Shown: positions 10,374-21,573 of the stretch, in pieces
Layout of the letters: each line of letters begins with the position of its first letter
Position numbering within the stretch: the stretch's first letter is position 1
Origin: Octopus sinensis
Taxonomy: Eukaryota
Reading direction: 5' to 3'
NCBI RefSeq assembly: GCF_006345805.1
Contig: NC_043002.1
Span: 58,342,001-58,406,000 of the forward strand
Length of the DNA stretch: 64,000 bases
The notes under the pieces: generated by a model
Seen by the model: only the letters and a program-made list of their open reading frames with translations
The model's database searches: none
What the model was told of the DNA's origin: nothing
Made by a program: the position numbers and the translations under genes

Positions 10374-11357
10374 CATAGGTATCGTTCCAAAAAACGAGTC
10401 GAATAGCAATTACAGGGACATAACTCTTACATAAAAGGGGAGAATACTTGCTTTTTTTCCCTTCAAGTATTAATTTTTTAAAATTTTAATTTATAAAAAC
10501 AACAGAAAATAATTGAATAAAAATATTTGATAGATAGGAAAGGTTGTTGGGTAGCGAAAGGATAACTCTAGAGACGCGAGTTTTGAGGGGTTTTTTTACT
10601 TGATAAAGGTGATTTATTCGATTTAGCATAGAATTTGTAGAATCTGCCTTTAACATCTTTATCATCGCGTTTTCTTTTTCTAAACAAATATAGTAACCCC
10701 TCGCCATATCGCGATTCACCTATCGCGCTTTATTATGTAAGCTTATGTCGATTCATCCGTGGTGGTGTTTTGCATTTATTATAAAATAAATATATACAAA
10801 TTTATAAAAATAGTAATAATAAAATACAGTACAGTACTGTATTTTATAATTATTAAAATCGATGGGATTCTTTCTGTTTCCGTCTACCAATTCTATTCGC
10901 AGAGCTTCGGTTGGCTCGAGTCTATAGAAGAAGACTCTTGCCCAATGTGCCACGCAGCGGGATTGAACCTGGAAGCATGTGGTGGAGAAGAAAGCTTCTT
11001 ACCACACAGCCGTTCCTTTTTATTAATATTTTGGCAGAAGTAACAGAGTGACTCAAAGTTCTAGAGTTTCGTGCGTCAGCACTTAAGTGTTGCACTCACG
11101 ATTTCAATTCATAGACCGGGTGGTGCGTTCTGTTCTTGAGCAAAACTCTTCATTTCCTTTTGCTCTGCCATTACTTCAACACTTGACGCGTGGCACACTG
11201 TGACACCTGTTCAGACAACGCCGACTTGATGGAAAGAGTGAGCTAATGTGCGGTCCAAACTTTTGGTCACTATAAACAAATCATTTGTGAAGGTCATTTG
11301 GCCAAAGCTGAACGCTCATACGTCGTTTTCGGCGGGAGAGTCCATCATGTGTATAAA

Positions 11358-11553
11358 CAGGGTGTCCCAGGAGTTGCGCACCATCCTGGTTTTTTAAAAG
11401 AATACACCCTTATTGATTTCAAAAACACTTTATTGAAATTAATTGTAACAAATTGAGCACACTCTACAATAAAACACGCTGAAAAAAATGTAATATAATA
11501 AAATGCTTTAAGTATTTTAAATGAAAACCAGAATGGTGCGCGACTTCTGGGAC

Positions 11554-11559
<6 letters not shown>
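11358..11559. mobile_element. Tc1/mariner-type MITE, ~200 bp
   Basis: ~35-bp TIR AGGGTGTCCCAG(G/A)AGT(T/C)GCGCACCAT(C/T)CTGGTTTT. Confidence 0.85.
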
Positions 11560-11590
<31 letters not shown>

Positions 11591-11785
11591 ATAAGATCGT
11601 TATTTAAAATACCTATCTTATTATCAAAGGTAATAATTAATTATTAAAATTATAATCAAGGGTATCTAAGAGATACCACCACGCTAGAAATAGCAGCCAA
11701 AACTTTACTCTGAAACCACATTAAATGTTCATACAGCACCAGGAGAGAAGACAAAGAGACAAAATAAACTAGCAAAAAAATTTAC

Positions 11786-11916
11786 TGGATAATTTCAGAT
11801 TCCGGAAATTCCAGATCTCGATAATTCCAGATCCTGTGAGACGAAGTGCCTTGCTCAAAGTTAAACGCCCTGCATGGGCTGAGCATCTTGATCCCAATGC
11901 CTTCATCACTATGCCA
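11786..11916 (-). CDS. Putative internal exon of the divergent gene (two acceptors 8 nt apart; frame DEGIGIKMLSPCRAFNFEQGTSSHRIWNYRDLEFPESEIIQ or GIVMKALGSR...LKLS)
   Basis: Non-repeat, coding-like island; acceptor ctactatttgcctag (exon start 11916) or catag (11908); donor CA|GTAAAT; both options are phase-compatible with the exon above. Confidence 0.4.
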
Positions 11917-12530
11917 CTAGGCAAATAGTAGATTACAGCATCTCCATTATTCGCTCTCGCTCTCTTTTTCTCACACACATACACACAAATGAACGGATAT
12001 CTATACTCCATACACAAACACGGTAACGATTTCGTTCGTCACCTGTTGCCAATAATTAATCAAATCGCATAGAAATGTTACGGTTTTCATTTCTTTATTT
12101 TTTCTTTTTCCATAAAATTATCTTTTGGTACTACTTTAGTATGTGATCTACAAATTAAAGGAAGATTGCTTTGGGTTACATTTTGGTTTACTTTTCCATT
12201 TCTAAAAACTCTTAAGATGCTGGCTAAAGATGTTTTTTACAATAAATTATTTTGTACATACTTAGCATTGTAAATGTATTTTTTTTAAATTCTCACAATT
12301 TTAATAATAATAAAACTATGTTTCATTTATGGTTTGAAGTTGTAGATAACAAGTAGAAAAAGAATCTATCTTATTTTCGCCTTAATAAAAATGTGGAATC
12401 TTTTTTATTTACGGTCCAATTGCAAAATACTTCACTTCAAGTAGAAATCGAACACGTGCTGCAAGCCAACTAATCGCCCGTACCATTTGTATTGTTGCAA
12501 ATATTACACATGACATTTTCGGCAGACCTA

Positions 12531-13080
12531 TACAAGAGTGCCCTACCTCCGCCAAATTTGTTTCCTCATAACTTTCGGAAGAATGGATATTTTTGAATGA
12601 AGGTTTCTACAAATACCATCCAGATGGTGTAGATTCTAAATATATCAGAATTTGATATGTAAAAATATAAGTTGATGAGCTAGCACACATACATACTGGC
12701 ACACGTCACATATATCTACAAAATGAAACTTGAAATTTCGATAAAACATTGTGACGTGTATCAATAAGTATATGTGCATGTTCACTAATTTGTCTTGTTA
12801 TATCAAATTCCGATATAATCGTAATTTACACACTCTGAAAGATATTTGTAGTAAATTTAATTTTAAAACACGCATTTTCGTAAAGTTATGAGGAAACAAG
12901 TTCAACTGGTATAAATTTCCGGAAACTCCACTCCTCACCCTCGGAAAACTTTTTCAAAACAAATTCCGATATGACTGGAATTGATACCGTCTGAAGCGTA
13001 TTTGTAGAAAATTTCATTGAAAAATATCAATATTTCTGAAAGTTATGAAGAAAAAAAGTTGGAGGTCGGGTGCACACTTG
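12531..13080. mobile_element. Foldback/MITE with ~125-bp imperfect inverted arms and an extra internal arm (12803-12900)
   Basis: 12531-12655 versus reverse complement of 12960-13080. Confidence 0.7.
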
Positions 13081-13094
13081 AGTAGATATATTAC

Positions 13095-13159
13095 CCCTTC
13101 CTTCTGATGTTTCTGTTCCATTGTTTAGTTCCGTGTGATTTCACTTCAGCAAACGACAT
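13095..13159 (-). CDS. Putative first coding exon of an unidentified divergent gene (MSFAEVKSHGTKQWNRNIRRK + 2 nt)
   Basis: ATG in context caacgATGt, 21 open codons, donor GG|GTAATA; position opposite the ATP5MF start. Confidence 0.5.
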
Positions 13160-13598
13160 CGTTGTTGTCCAAAATTTTAAAAGCTATTCTGCATAAATCT
13201 TTCAGTTAATATTCTACGGCGATGTAATTAATATAAATTAATGTTGATTAAATTTATATACTAGTTAACCACCACACGAATTAACTAGCAATGTAGCAAC
13301 CACGACAAAAATCGAGTAAAAAGAATAAAAGAGTGAAGCGGGTATCGCAGTTCGATGAGAAGTACGATTAATGATTTCTGAGTCAATACGATCGACTTAA
13401 AATTGGTATTTTATTGTATCGAACTTGAGAATGCGAAAAAGAAAATCGGAATAAATTACGCCCGGTATTCCCTCGTCCTTCCTCCCTCCCCGACACTTCA
13501 CGTTTCTCTCAAGCTGCTGCTCTTAAGGGGAGCTAATTAGTGAACAGGAAACCTTACTGCGCAGACTCAGACAGCGTTGGTCTCCTTGCAGAACTAAG
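13160..13598. promoter_or_regulatory. Putative bidirectional promoter
   Basis: ~440-bp CpG-enriched, repeat-free interval between the divergent ATGs at 13159 (-) and 13599 (+); pyrimidine tracts near 13465-13490 and 13580-13587. Confidence 0.55.
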
Positions 13599-13683
13599 AT
13601 GGGAGCTTCAGTCGGGACCCTTCCAGCAGAATACAATCCTAAGATCCATGGACCTTATAATCCAGGCACTTATTATGGGCCAC
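13599..13683 (+). CDS. ATP5MF: ATP synthase subunit f, mitochondrial, coding exon 1 (MGASVGTLPAEYNPKIHGPYNPGTYYGP + 1 nt)
   Basis: ATG at 13599; motif PAEYNPKIHGPYNP matches the invertebrate subunit f N-terminus (PAEYNPKVHGPYDP); donor C|GTAAGT at 13684; phase 1. Confidence 0.95.
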
Positions 13684-15526
13684 GTAAGTCTGTTTGTTTA
13701 TATCGTCTGTCTAAGAGTCATAATTAAGCTTTCCTCCATTATTTCAGGGGATGACAAGTTCAAAAACAAGCACTGACCTATCCACTTAGAGTAAACTACT
13801 CCAAAATAAGTCTGAAAATGAATATAAAATAATATTTATTCCATAATCGTTATTCCGTCAAAATATATATTCTGTTTTGCCTTTGGCTCATCGGGAACAA
13901 AAGGTGTAACAGAATAGCTTTCTTCCAAGATCAAATTAGCAGATTAATTAAACCAAGTCCATAAGTCTGTTGTACCTTTAACATATAACCTCTTATATAA
14001 AACTTACCATTCTCTAAGAATTCTAAATATTCTTTTCTCTTTATTTCTTAATATAATTTTCATCTTCTTAACACATTATTTTAGTTTTTCTTATTTAAAG
14101 GTAGAAGACTTGTTTCTCTTTTATTTGTTCGATCAAGGATAAACCAACATTTTACACGGCAATGTGACCTTCACGACTTTCTTGTACTTTTAACAACTGG
14201 AGGGGAGACGGAATTAAGGAAACCTTTGTAACATATCTGATTTATTTTGTTAATGTTTATCGATTTTTGTCTTTGAGTTGGTTATCGATGAATATCTCGA
14301 TATCATCTGAGATACCTGTCTCCGCTATTTCTTTTTTCTTTTACACCCGTCTTGCAAGAAGGGTGTAATACCCGATCGACAGATTTTCAGAATAGCTATC
14401 ATAACCTCATGGAGAAAGAATACTAACAAGGAATTGGATGGTGGTTTCCGTTTGTGAAAGAATTTCATTTTTTTTTTACATTTTTGTCACTCCAACCCTT
14501 AAATTCCGTGCCATTTTCCGATAATTTTTGTTTACTATTACACCTGTCTACTGAGACAGGTGTATTGATAAAGATAAAAAAAGAAAAAACCTGAAAGGTT
14601 TCCTTCACGTGAGTTTTAAATAACCTGAAGGTTTTTCGTCGAACAAGGTTACCAAATCCACTCACAAGGTTCTGGTCGGCCCGAGGTTATAGTAAAAGAT
14701 TCTTACAGGTGGATAAATACAAAATCTTCGTATATTTTTACTTCGCTTAAGTAAAGCCAGAAATTTTGAGGAGAAGGGAAAGTCGCTTGCATCAACCCCC
14801 AGTTCTTGACTGATTCTTTGTTTTATGGTCCTCGAAAGGATGAAAATATAAAGTCAACCTCGATGGGATTCGGACTCAAAACATAAAGGACTGTAACTCA
14901 GTATTGCAAGTGATTTGATAAAAGTATGCATTTTAAAGAGTTATGAGGAAACAATGTCTAGAGGTGGAAAGAACATTCCAAAACTTCTTTTAAAATTAAA
15001 TGTTATCAACATAAATTGTACTCGACATCCCCAAGAATGTATCTTTGCAAACTTTTACGTTAAGAAATCTGCATTTTTCTGACAATTGAGAGGTGAGTAA
15101 TTCGTAGGAGAGGGACACCAAACTGCAGTTACACCATTATTAGTATCATGAGTTCGAATACCACCCAGATCAACTTTTACTGTTTTGGACAGAGGTCAAA
15201 GTGTCAGTTAATTACTAGTTCAGCCATAATTTTTCTTTCCTCCAGAAATGTGCCAGCTTAGTCCTAAGTTAAACTATGACTTGTTAACTAATTAAAAATT
15301 GCTGTTTAAACTTGGTCATTCCTGATTGAGTAAACTTGTGGTTCTCAACCATTTTTCACCTAGGCACCCCTTTGATTCCTATTCTGCTTTGGTTAACTCC
15401 TGGGTCATCTCCCCACTAATATGTTGTGTTTATGAGGCGACAAGAGATTGGATTAAAAGAGTTAGATCCTTTTGATTCAATACTTCAACATATTGTTGAC
15501 TTTTGGCCTCCTCAACAGGCATGGTA

Positions 15527-15905
15527 TGATTTGTTAGCGGCTGTGTGGTAAGTAGCTTGCTTACCAACCACATGGTTCAGGTTCAGTCCCACTGCGTGGC
15601 ACTTTGGGCATGTGTCTTCTATTATTGCCTTGGGCCGACCAAAGCCTTGTGAGTGGATTTGGTAGATGGAAACTGAAAGAAGCCTTTCATATATATGCAT
15701 GTGTTTGTGTGTCTGTGTTTGTCCCCCCCAACATCGCTTTACAACCAATGGTGGTGTGTTTATGTCCCCATAACTTAGCGGTTTGGCAAAAGAGACTGGT
15801 AGAATAAGTACTGGGCTTACAAAGAATAAGTTCTGGGGTCGATTTGTTCGATTAAAGGTAGTGCTCCTGCATGGCCACAGTCAAATGACTGAAACAAGTA
15901 AAAGA
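15527..15905 (+). mobile_element. Abundant tRNA-derived SINE (OK/OR-like); near-full copies also 27690-28055, 30742-31115, 31312-31670, 51647-52045, with many fragments elsewhere
   Basis: gtggctgtgtggtaag...ggttcagtcccactg head, gtgagtggatttggtagacggaaactgaaagaagccc body, internal microsatellite, atgactgaaacaag tail. Confidence 0.9.
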
Positions 15906-16203
15906 GATTCAATAAGATGTTTAATTTTTTCATTTTTGTATGATTTGTTATAAAAATATTATCAAATTCTTTAAGATATTTAATCTTTTCGCTTTTCATT
16001 TTTTTTTTTTTTATTTATTGAGGGTTAAGCAATTTTTTTTAGTTGGGGGAGATAGCCAAAAAGTACCAAATCCCTTTCTATTTTGAGAACTAAATTTTAT
16101 TAGGAATTGTATAGAAAAAATTGTTTGAGATATTTGGTTATTGTAAAAGCAATTTATTGCATATGAATTTTTCCAAAAAGAAAATCTTATATGGACACCA
16201 GTT

Positions 16204-16363
16204 AAAACTCACTCTGGTCGTTCTGATAAGAAAAGTACACCTGAATTTATTTGTAAGATCCAGGCCATGGTTGACAACGATTCCTCCAAGTCCATCACTA
16301 GAGACATGGGAATGTCTGAGTTTCTTATCAGGCAGGTAGTGCCATGAAGACATTCAGTATTCC
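16204..16363 (+). pseudogene. Tc1/mariner transposase helix-turn-helix fragment in ATP5MF intron 1
   Basis: KTHSGRSDKKSTPEFICKIQAMVDNDSSKSITRDMGMSEFLIRQVV(H)EDIQY. Confidence 0.65.
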
Positions 16364-16577
16364 TCAAGAACCACTGGAGTAGACATTTGATCAAAAGTTA
16401 GGATCCCTATTATTTTCAGACCAAATATGTGTCTAGGAGCACAGTATTCAGTACCTTTATTTTAATAATCGGTTGCACAACCATGTTCCAGTCAGTCATA
16501 CTGAACAAGCATTTCTTTTATCTTTTGTTTCTACCACAAAAATACTTTATTTTAAAGAATTTTGTTTTTATTTTTAG

Positions 16578-16673
16578 ATGACCCCCTAAGTGAAGTGAAA
16601 ATTGGTGAGATTACATCATGGGTTGGCCGAAGGAATATGTCTCCAACTGGAATGGTTAGAGCAGTAAATAGAG
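16578..16673 (+). CDS. ATP5MF: ATP synthase subunit f exon 2 (H-DPLSEVKIGEITSWVGRRNMSPTGMVRAVNR-G)
   Basis: Acceptor tttttatttttag, donor AG|GTATGT; 96 nt, phase 1-1; EVKxGExxxWxGRR motif of subunit f. Confidence 0.95.
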
Positions 16674-18421
16674 GTATGTGTGTATTCTTGTTATTGTGTG
16701 TTGGTTGTTTGTGTAATTAATTAACCCCAGATCTCTTCTGATCAGGCAGATGTAGGATCAAAAACATTCCATCTTTAATTTCAAGCATTATGTATCTGAG
16801 ACTCAATAATTCAATGTCTTCTTCCTTTAACCTTTCCGTTTCTATATTTCTAAGTAAAACACACCATATATAGGTTTCAATAAAATTCTAAAATAATCAC
16901 AAATTTAGACTGGTTTCATTAAACAAGTGTAACTATTTTATTTATTGACCTATTAATGTGATTTTTTCCAACACAATTGAAGAAAAGGTTCTTAATTCTA
17001 TTGCATAACCTTTGTCTCAATACCAGGCATGTGCCGTCAGTAATTACTCAGGGTAGGCAGTTGGTGACCTTTATGTAGTAAAACACACAAAAAAATAAGT
17101 GAAACACAGGTGTGTGACTGAGTTGAAGGCAGATTTACTTCTGCTTTTAGAGCACGCAAAGTAAACGGTGTTGTAGGAATGTATGCAACATGTGTACTAC
17201 AGCATTATTATGCGTAGCTTTAACACTGAGATTGAAAGGCACAGGCGAATTATGCCTACCTAATTTACAAAAAAATAAGATAATTTGCATTTTCTGCAGA
17301 GTAATCAGAAAAACCTTCCTAATTTTATTGAATTAGGTGCATATTTTGCCATAAAAGATAAATTTTGCTATTGATCTATTTTATTCAAGGTAGGCACTGC
17401 CTACATTGGTGGCACGTCCCTGGTAAATACACATAAGCTGTCTTTTTTTCTCAGTTTGTTTTCGCAGTGATTGCTTCGAACAAGCTTACATTTCTCCATA
17501 TCTTCCATTGAAAAACCCTCAAATTCAGAATCACTGCTCAATAGCATGACACTGTTATCCATTTTAAATGTTGGGAAAAAAATCGCCAAAGGAAGAATGT
17601 AGAAAAATATCTCCCAAAATTTGCAGAGGTCAGATAACACATCAAACAATATCACATACTGTAACTCGACTATTTACAAAGTGAAATCAAGTGTTTTCAC
17701 AAATGTACCAATGAGATTTGTGTTGAAATTCACATTTGAATATCAATGGGTTGTCGACGCCAGTGCCAGCTCTCTGGTCCTGTGCTGGTGGCATGTAAAA
17801 GGCACCATTCGAGCATGGTCGATGCCAGTACCACCTGACTGACCTTGTGCTGGTGGCATGTAAAAAGCACCCACTACACTCTCGGAGTGGTTGGCATTAG
17901 GAAGGGCATCCAGCTGTAGAAACACTGCCAGATTAGATTGGAGTCTAGTGCAGCCTTCTGGCTTGCCAGCTCTCAGTCAAACCGTCCAACCTATGCCAGC
18001 ATGGAAAGTGGATGTTAAACGATGATGATGGGTTTGCACACACACAGATACATGCATACATACATATATACATGTGCACACACCCACACACACCATGGGC
18101 TTCTTCTAGTTTGCATTAAGTAAAATAATTTTGTCATTATTTAGCTGGTGTTTGAAATGTAAATTAACATTGAATTTTGTTGGCAGGTTTTAATTTGGAT
18201 CGCTTCTAACAGGAAACTTTTACATAAGAAGTACATTCTGAAATGGTTTGCATTATGAAGGGTATCCAGCCGTAGAAATCTTTCCAAAGCAGACAAGTGG
18301 AGCCTGGTGTAGCTCCCCAACCATACTAGTTCCTGTTGAACTGTCCACCCCATGCCAGCATGGAAAACTAGCATTGAGTGATGACACAGGGACAGCCTCA
18401 GTTGGGCTGGTATCAAAAAGT

Positions 18422-18649
18422 TTAACCCTTTTGTTACTATATTTATTTTGAGATGCTCTGTGTTTCTTTGAATTACTTTCAATATAACAAAGAATTTAGT
18501 AAAATAACTTAGTTATCATGAAGCTAGTGTTAAGAACATAAATTGTGACTAAGTTTTGGTGGAAGATTTTATTTCAGAATTTTTGAAAACAAGACATTTG
18601 TACTCAGAGCCAGAGCTGGTTTCAGCCAGGTTGGTAACAAAAGGGTTAA
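18422..18649. mobile_element. piggyBac-type MITE (related pieces near 49140-49262 and 62600-62825)
   Basis: TTAA|CCCTTTTGTTAC ... GTAACAAAAGGG|TTAA. Confidence 0.8.
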
Positions 18650-18727
18650 GCCACACCTGCTGTCACATGCTCTTTCTTATAACTTATTAATTTGTATAAT
18701 TTTTGTTATTTCTAATTTATTTTGCAG

Positions 18728-18844
18728 GCCATTGGAGGTGGTTGCAGAACTATTTCCTGACAAAGAAAGGTGGTTCTGCGGGAGTGGCTCAGTTTTGTGT
18801 TTTGATTTCCCTGAGTTACTACTTCCTACAATACAGAGCCCACA
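18728..18844 (+). CDS. ATP5MF: ATP synthase subunit f exon 3 (G-HWRWLQNYFLTKKGGSAGVAQFCVLISLSYYFLQYRAH)
   Basis: Acceptor ttattttgcag, donor A|GTGAGT; 117 nt, phase 1-1; WRW motif followed by the C-terminal transmembrane helix. Confidence 0.95.
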
Positions 18845-20608
18845 GTGAGTATATATATTCTTTTATTCTTTTACCCATTTGACTGGGGCCATGCTGGAGC
18901 ACCACTTTGAAGGGTTTTTCTGTCAAACAAACCAACCCCAAGACTTGCTTTCTTTTTTTAAGCCTAATACTTAGTCTACTGGTCTCTTTTGCTGAACTGC
19001 TAAGTTACAGGGACATAAATACACCAACACCGGTTGTCGAGTGATGATGGGGTAGGGGACAAGCAAACACACACATATATATATATGGTAACTGGAAGAT
19101 ACGAGAATTTTTAATAATCACTACAATTGTTTCAACACATCTTGCATCGGTCTCTGACGAGTGGGATACTGGTTCAGGAACTTCTGAAGGTGCAGATGTT
19201 TCTCTTCAGGTCATGAATAGATATAACTTGTTAAAATAACAGTTCTGCAATGTTTCTTTTCATTTCATGTTAAGGAAAGTCACAAATTAAAGGATATATC
19301 TTCATTTTTGTAGAAGATCAATAATAAAATAATAGCTGCAAAAAAGAAATGAACACGCAATACAGCGAAAAAAAAGTATTAAAAATAACTGTTAATGGAT
19401 ATGGATGTATAAACGCCCTCGCGTAAGTTGTATGGCATATGTACACTTGCTCATACAATCATCCATATGTAGGCATATGCAGACATGTGGTTTGGTGTGC
19501 ATACATTCACATAGCAAGTTAAATAGCTACTTGGTGTTTATAAGAATGGGGAGGTTAAAGCTAAACTTAATTCATTCATACCTTAAATTTTGTTAACAGT
19601 TACTCAAATACATTCCCACAGCATTGCACGAAAGTACATACAAATATATATTTATTATATATAATTCAATTAAATCAAGGATATAAAATCTTCTTAAAGG
19701 GATGTCAGCATCCAATTTTGCTAGTTTTATCCAGTGTTTCAGTGAAAAACCAAAAGAAGTTAGTTTCACTTTGATGGATATGAGTATGGAAACAGCTGTA
19801 GTTGCAATGAATTTGATATTGTACAGAACTGAATATCCTTAAATGAATTAATGTCTGTATGTCAGTTTCTCCATTTTCTTTTTTTCATCCATAAATTTAT
19901 ATATATGTATGACGGGCTTCTTTTAGTTTCCAGCTAACAGATCCTGGTGGCATGTAAAAAGCACCCACTACACTCTTGGAGTGGTTGTTGTTAGGAAGGG
20001 CATCCAGCTGTAGAAACACTGCCAGATCAGACTGGAGCCTGGTGCAGTCTTCAATCAAACCGTCCAACCCATGCCAGCATGGAAAGCAGACGTTAAACGA
20101 TGATGATGATATCCCCTCACAAGGCTTTGGTCAGCTGAAGGCTATAGTGGAAGACACTTGCCCAAGATGCCACGCAGTGGGACTGAAACTTGCCACACCT
20201 GATGCTATTCTATTACTGTTCTTCCTGTTGCGGGTGACCGTGTTGGTGCTGGTGCCACATAAAAGGCACTGGTGATAGTGATACTCCCATGTAAAATGTA
20301 CCATCCATGGCACCTCACAGAAAGTGCGATTGTGATGCCATGTAGAAAGCACTAGTGATAGTGTATAAGTAAGATCACAGTATTTTCCCAGAATAGGATG
20401 GCAGTCTATGAGAGAGCCTTGTGGACTGGGGCACTGTGAAATGAAATATTTTGCTCAAGAACACAACACACTACCTCGGCCAGGAATTGAAACCATGATC
20501 TTACAATCATGAATGCACCACCCTATCCATTGAGTCACATTCCTTCACTTTTTACTGATGTTTCAGGAAACTTACTTTTGGTCTCCCTTTTTTTTTCTTT
20601 CTTTTCAG

Positions 20609-20637
20609 CTAACCATCGCCATGCTAAATACCATTAA
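20609..20637 (+). CDS. ATP5MF: ATP synthase subunit f terminal exon (T-NHRHAKYH*)
   Basis: Long polypyrimidine acceptor; the KYH-stop ending is typical of the family; the four exons join in frame to 108 aa. Confidence 0.93.
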
Positions 20638-20650
20638 TTCTTAGGAGTGG

Positions 20651-20656
20651 AATAAA
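20651..20656 (+). promoter_or_regulatory. Candidate polyadenylation signal AATAAA of ATP5MF
   Basis: AATAAA starting 14 nt after the stop codon; actual use is not shown by the sequence. Confidence 0.5.
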
Positions 20657-21573
20657 GTCATCTTTGAAAGTACCAAGTTGATATGCAGTCATAGATTCTG
20701 AAGTTCTGCCAGACTGGGAAAATTATCAGAAGTTCCTTTAGATTTAATAAACTTAAATTTTAAATTAAAGTTTTCTTTCTTTTTTTCTATGTTTTTGAAT
20801 ATAAAAAATGTTTTGTTTCAACTGTTTTAACCCTTTTGTTGCCATCTTTATTTCAATTGAAAATATTGAAAAAAAAAATGAAAATAGTAAATTATTAATC
20901 CTTTTCATGCGAAAGCTACTTGAGGTCACTGTTGATTTTAAGACTCAAACTTCTTGATTTAAAATTATCAAAATATAAACTTCTATCAAAATTTTTTTAT
21001 TAGGTTGTCTGGAAAGTTTTGAGCATTCTTCATCATCATCATCATCGTTTAATGTCCGTTCTCCATGCTAGCATGGGTTGGACGGTTCGACCGGGGATCT
21101 AGGAAGCCAGAAGGCTGCACCAGGCTCCAGTCTTATCTGGCAATGTTTCTACAGCTGGATGCCCTTCCTAACGCCAACCACTCCGTGAGTGTAGTGGGTG
21201 CTTTTTACGTGCCACCTGCACAGGTGCCAGTGAGGCTGGCAACGGCCACGGTCGGCTTGGTGTATTTTACGTGCCACCGGCACGGAAGCCAGTAGAGGCA
21301 GCGCTGGCATCAGCCATGAGTCAGATAGTGCTTTCTACGTACCACCAGTCCAGGGGTCCTGGCTGGTTCAATTCGATTTCGATATGCAAAATGGGATATA
21401 CTTTATGAACCATACTTTTAGAAACTTCCAACTTCTCTGTGAGTTCTCTAGTCGTGATATTTGTGTTTTCTTCAATTTTTACCTTCAAAACATCTTCATC
21501 CAATTTGTAAGGTCTTTCACTGTGACTGTCATCTTCCAAGCTTGAAAGTTTTCAAACCACTTTTGAACAGATG

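Larger units (their letters stand above)
9429..10681. repeat. Large imperfect palindrome centred on the mariner MITE; left arm split by a SINE
   Basis: 9429-9564 plus 9978-10085 is the reverse complement of 10398-10681; 10061-10080 and 10402-10421 are a perfect 20-bp inverted match. Confidence 0.8.

Noticed and set aside
19115-19215. Minus-strand HHR-like remnant (CCGATGCAAGATGTGTTGAAACAATTGTA) in ATP5MF intron 3
   Set aside because: Palindromic stem III is suggestive, but the core has two mismatches and stem I is absent; at most a decayed relic.
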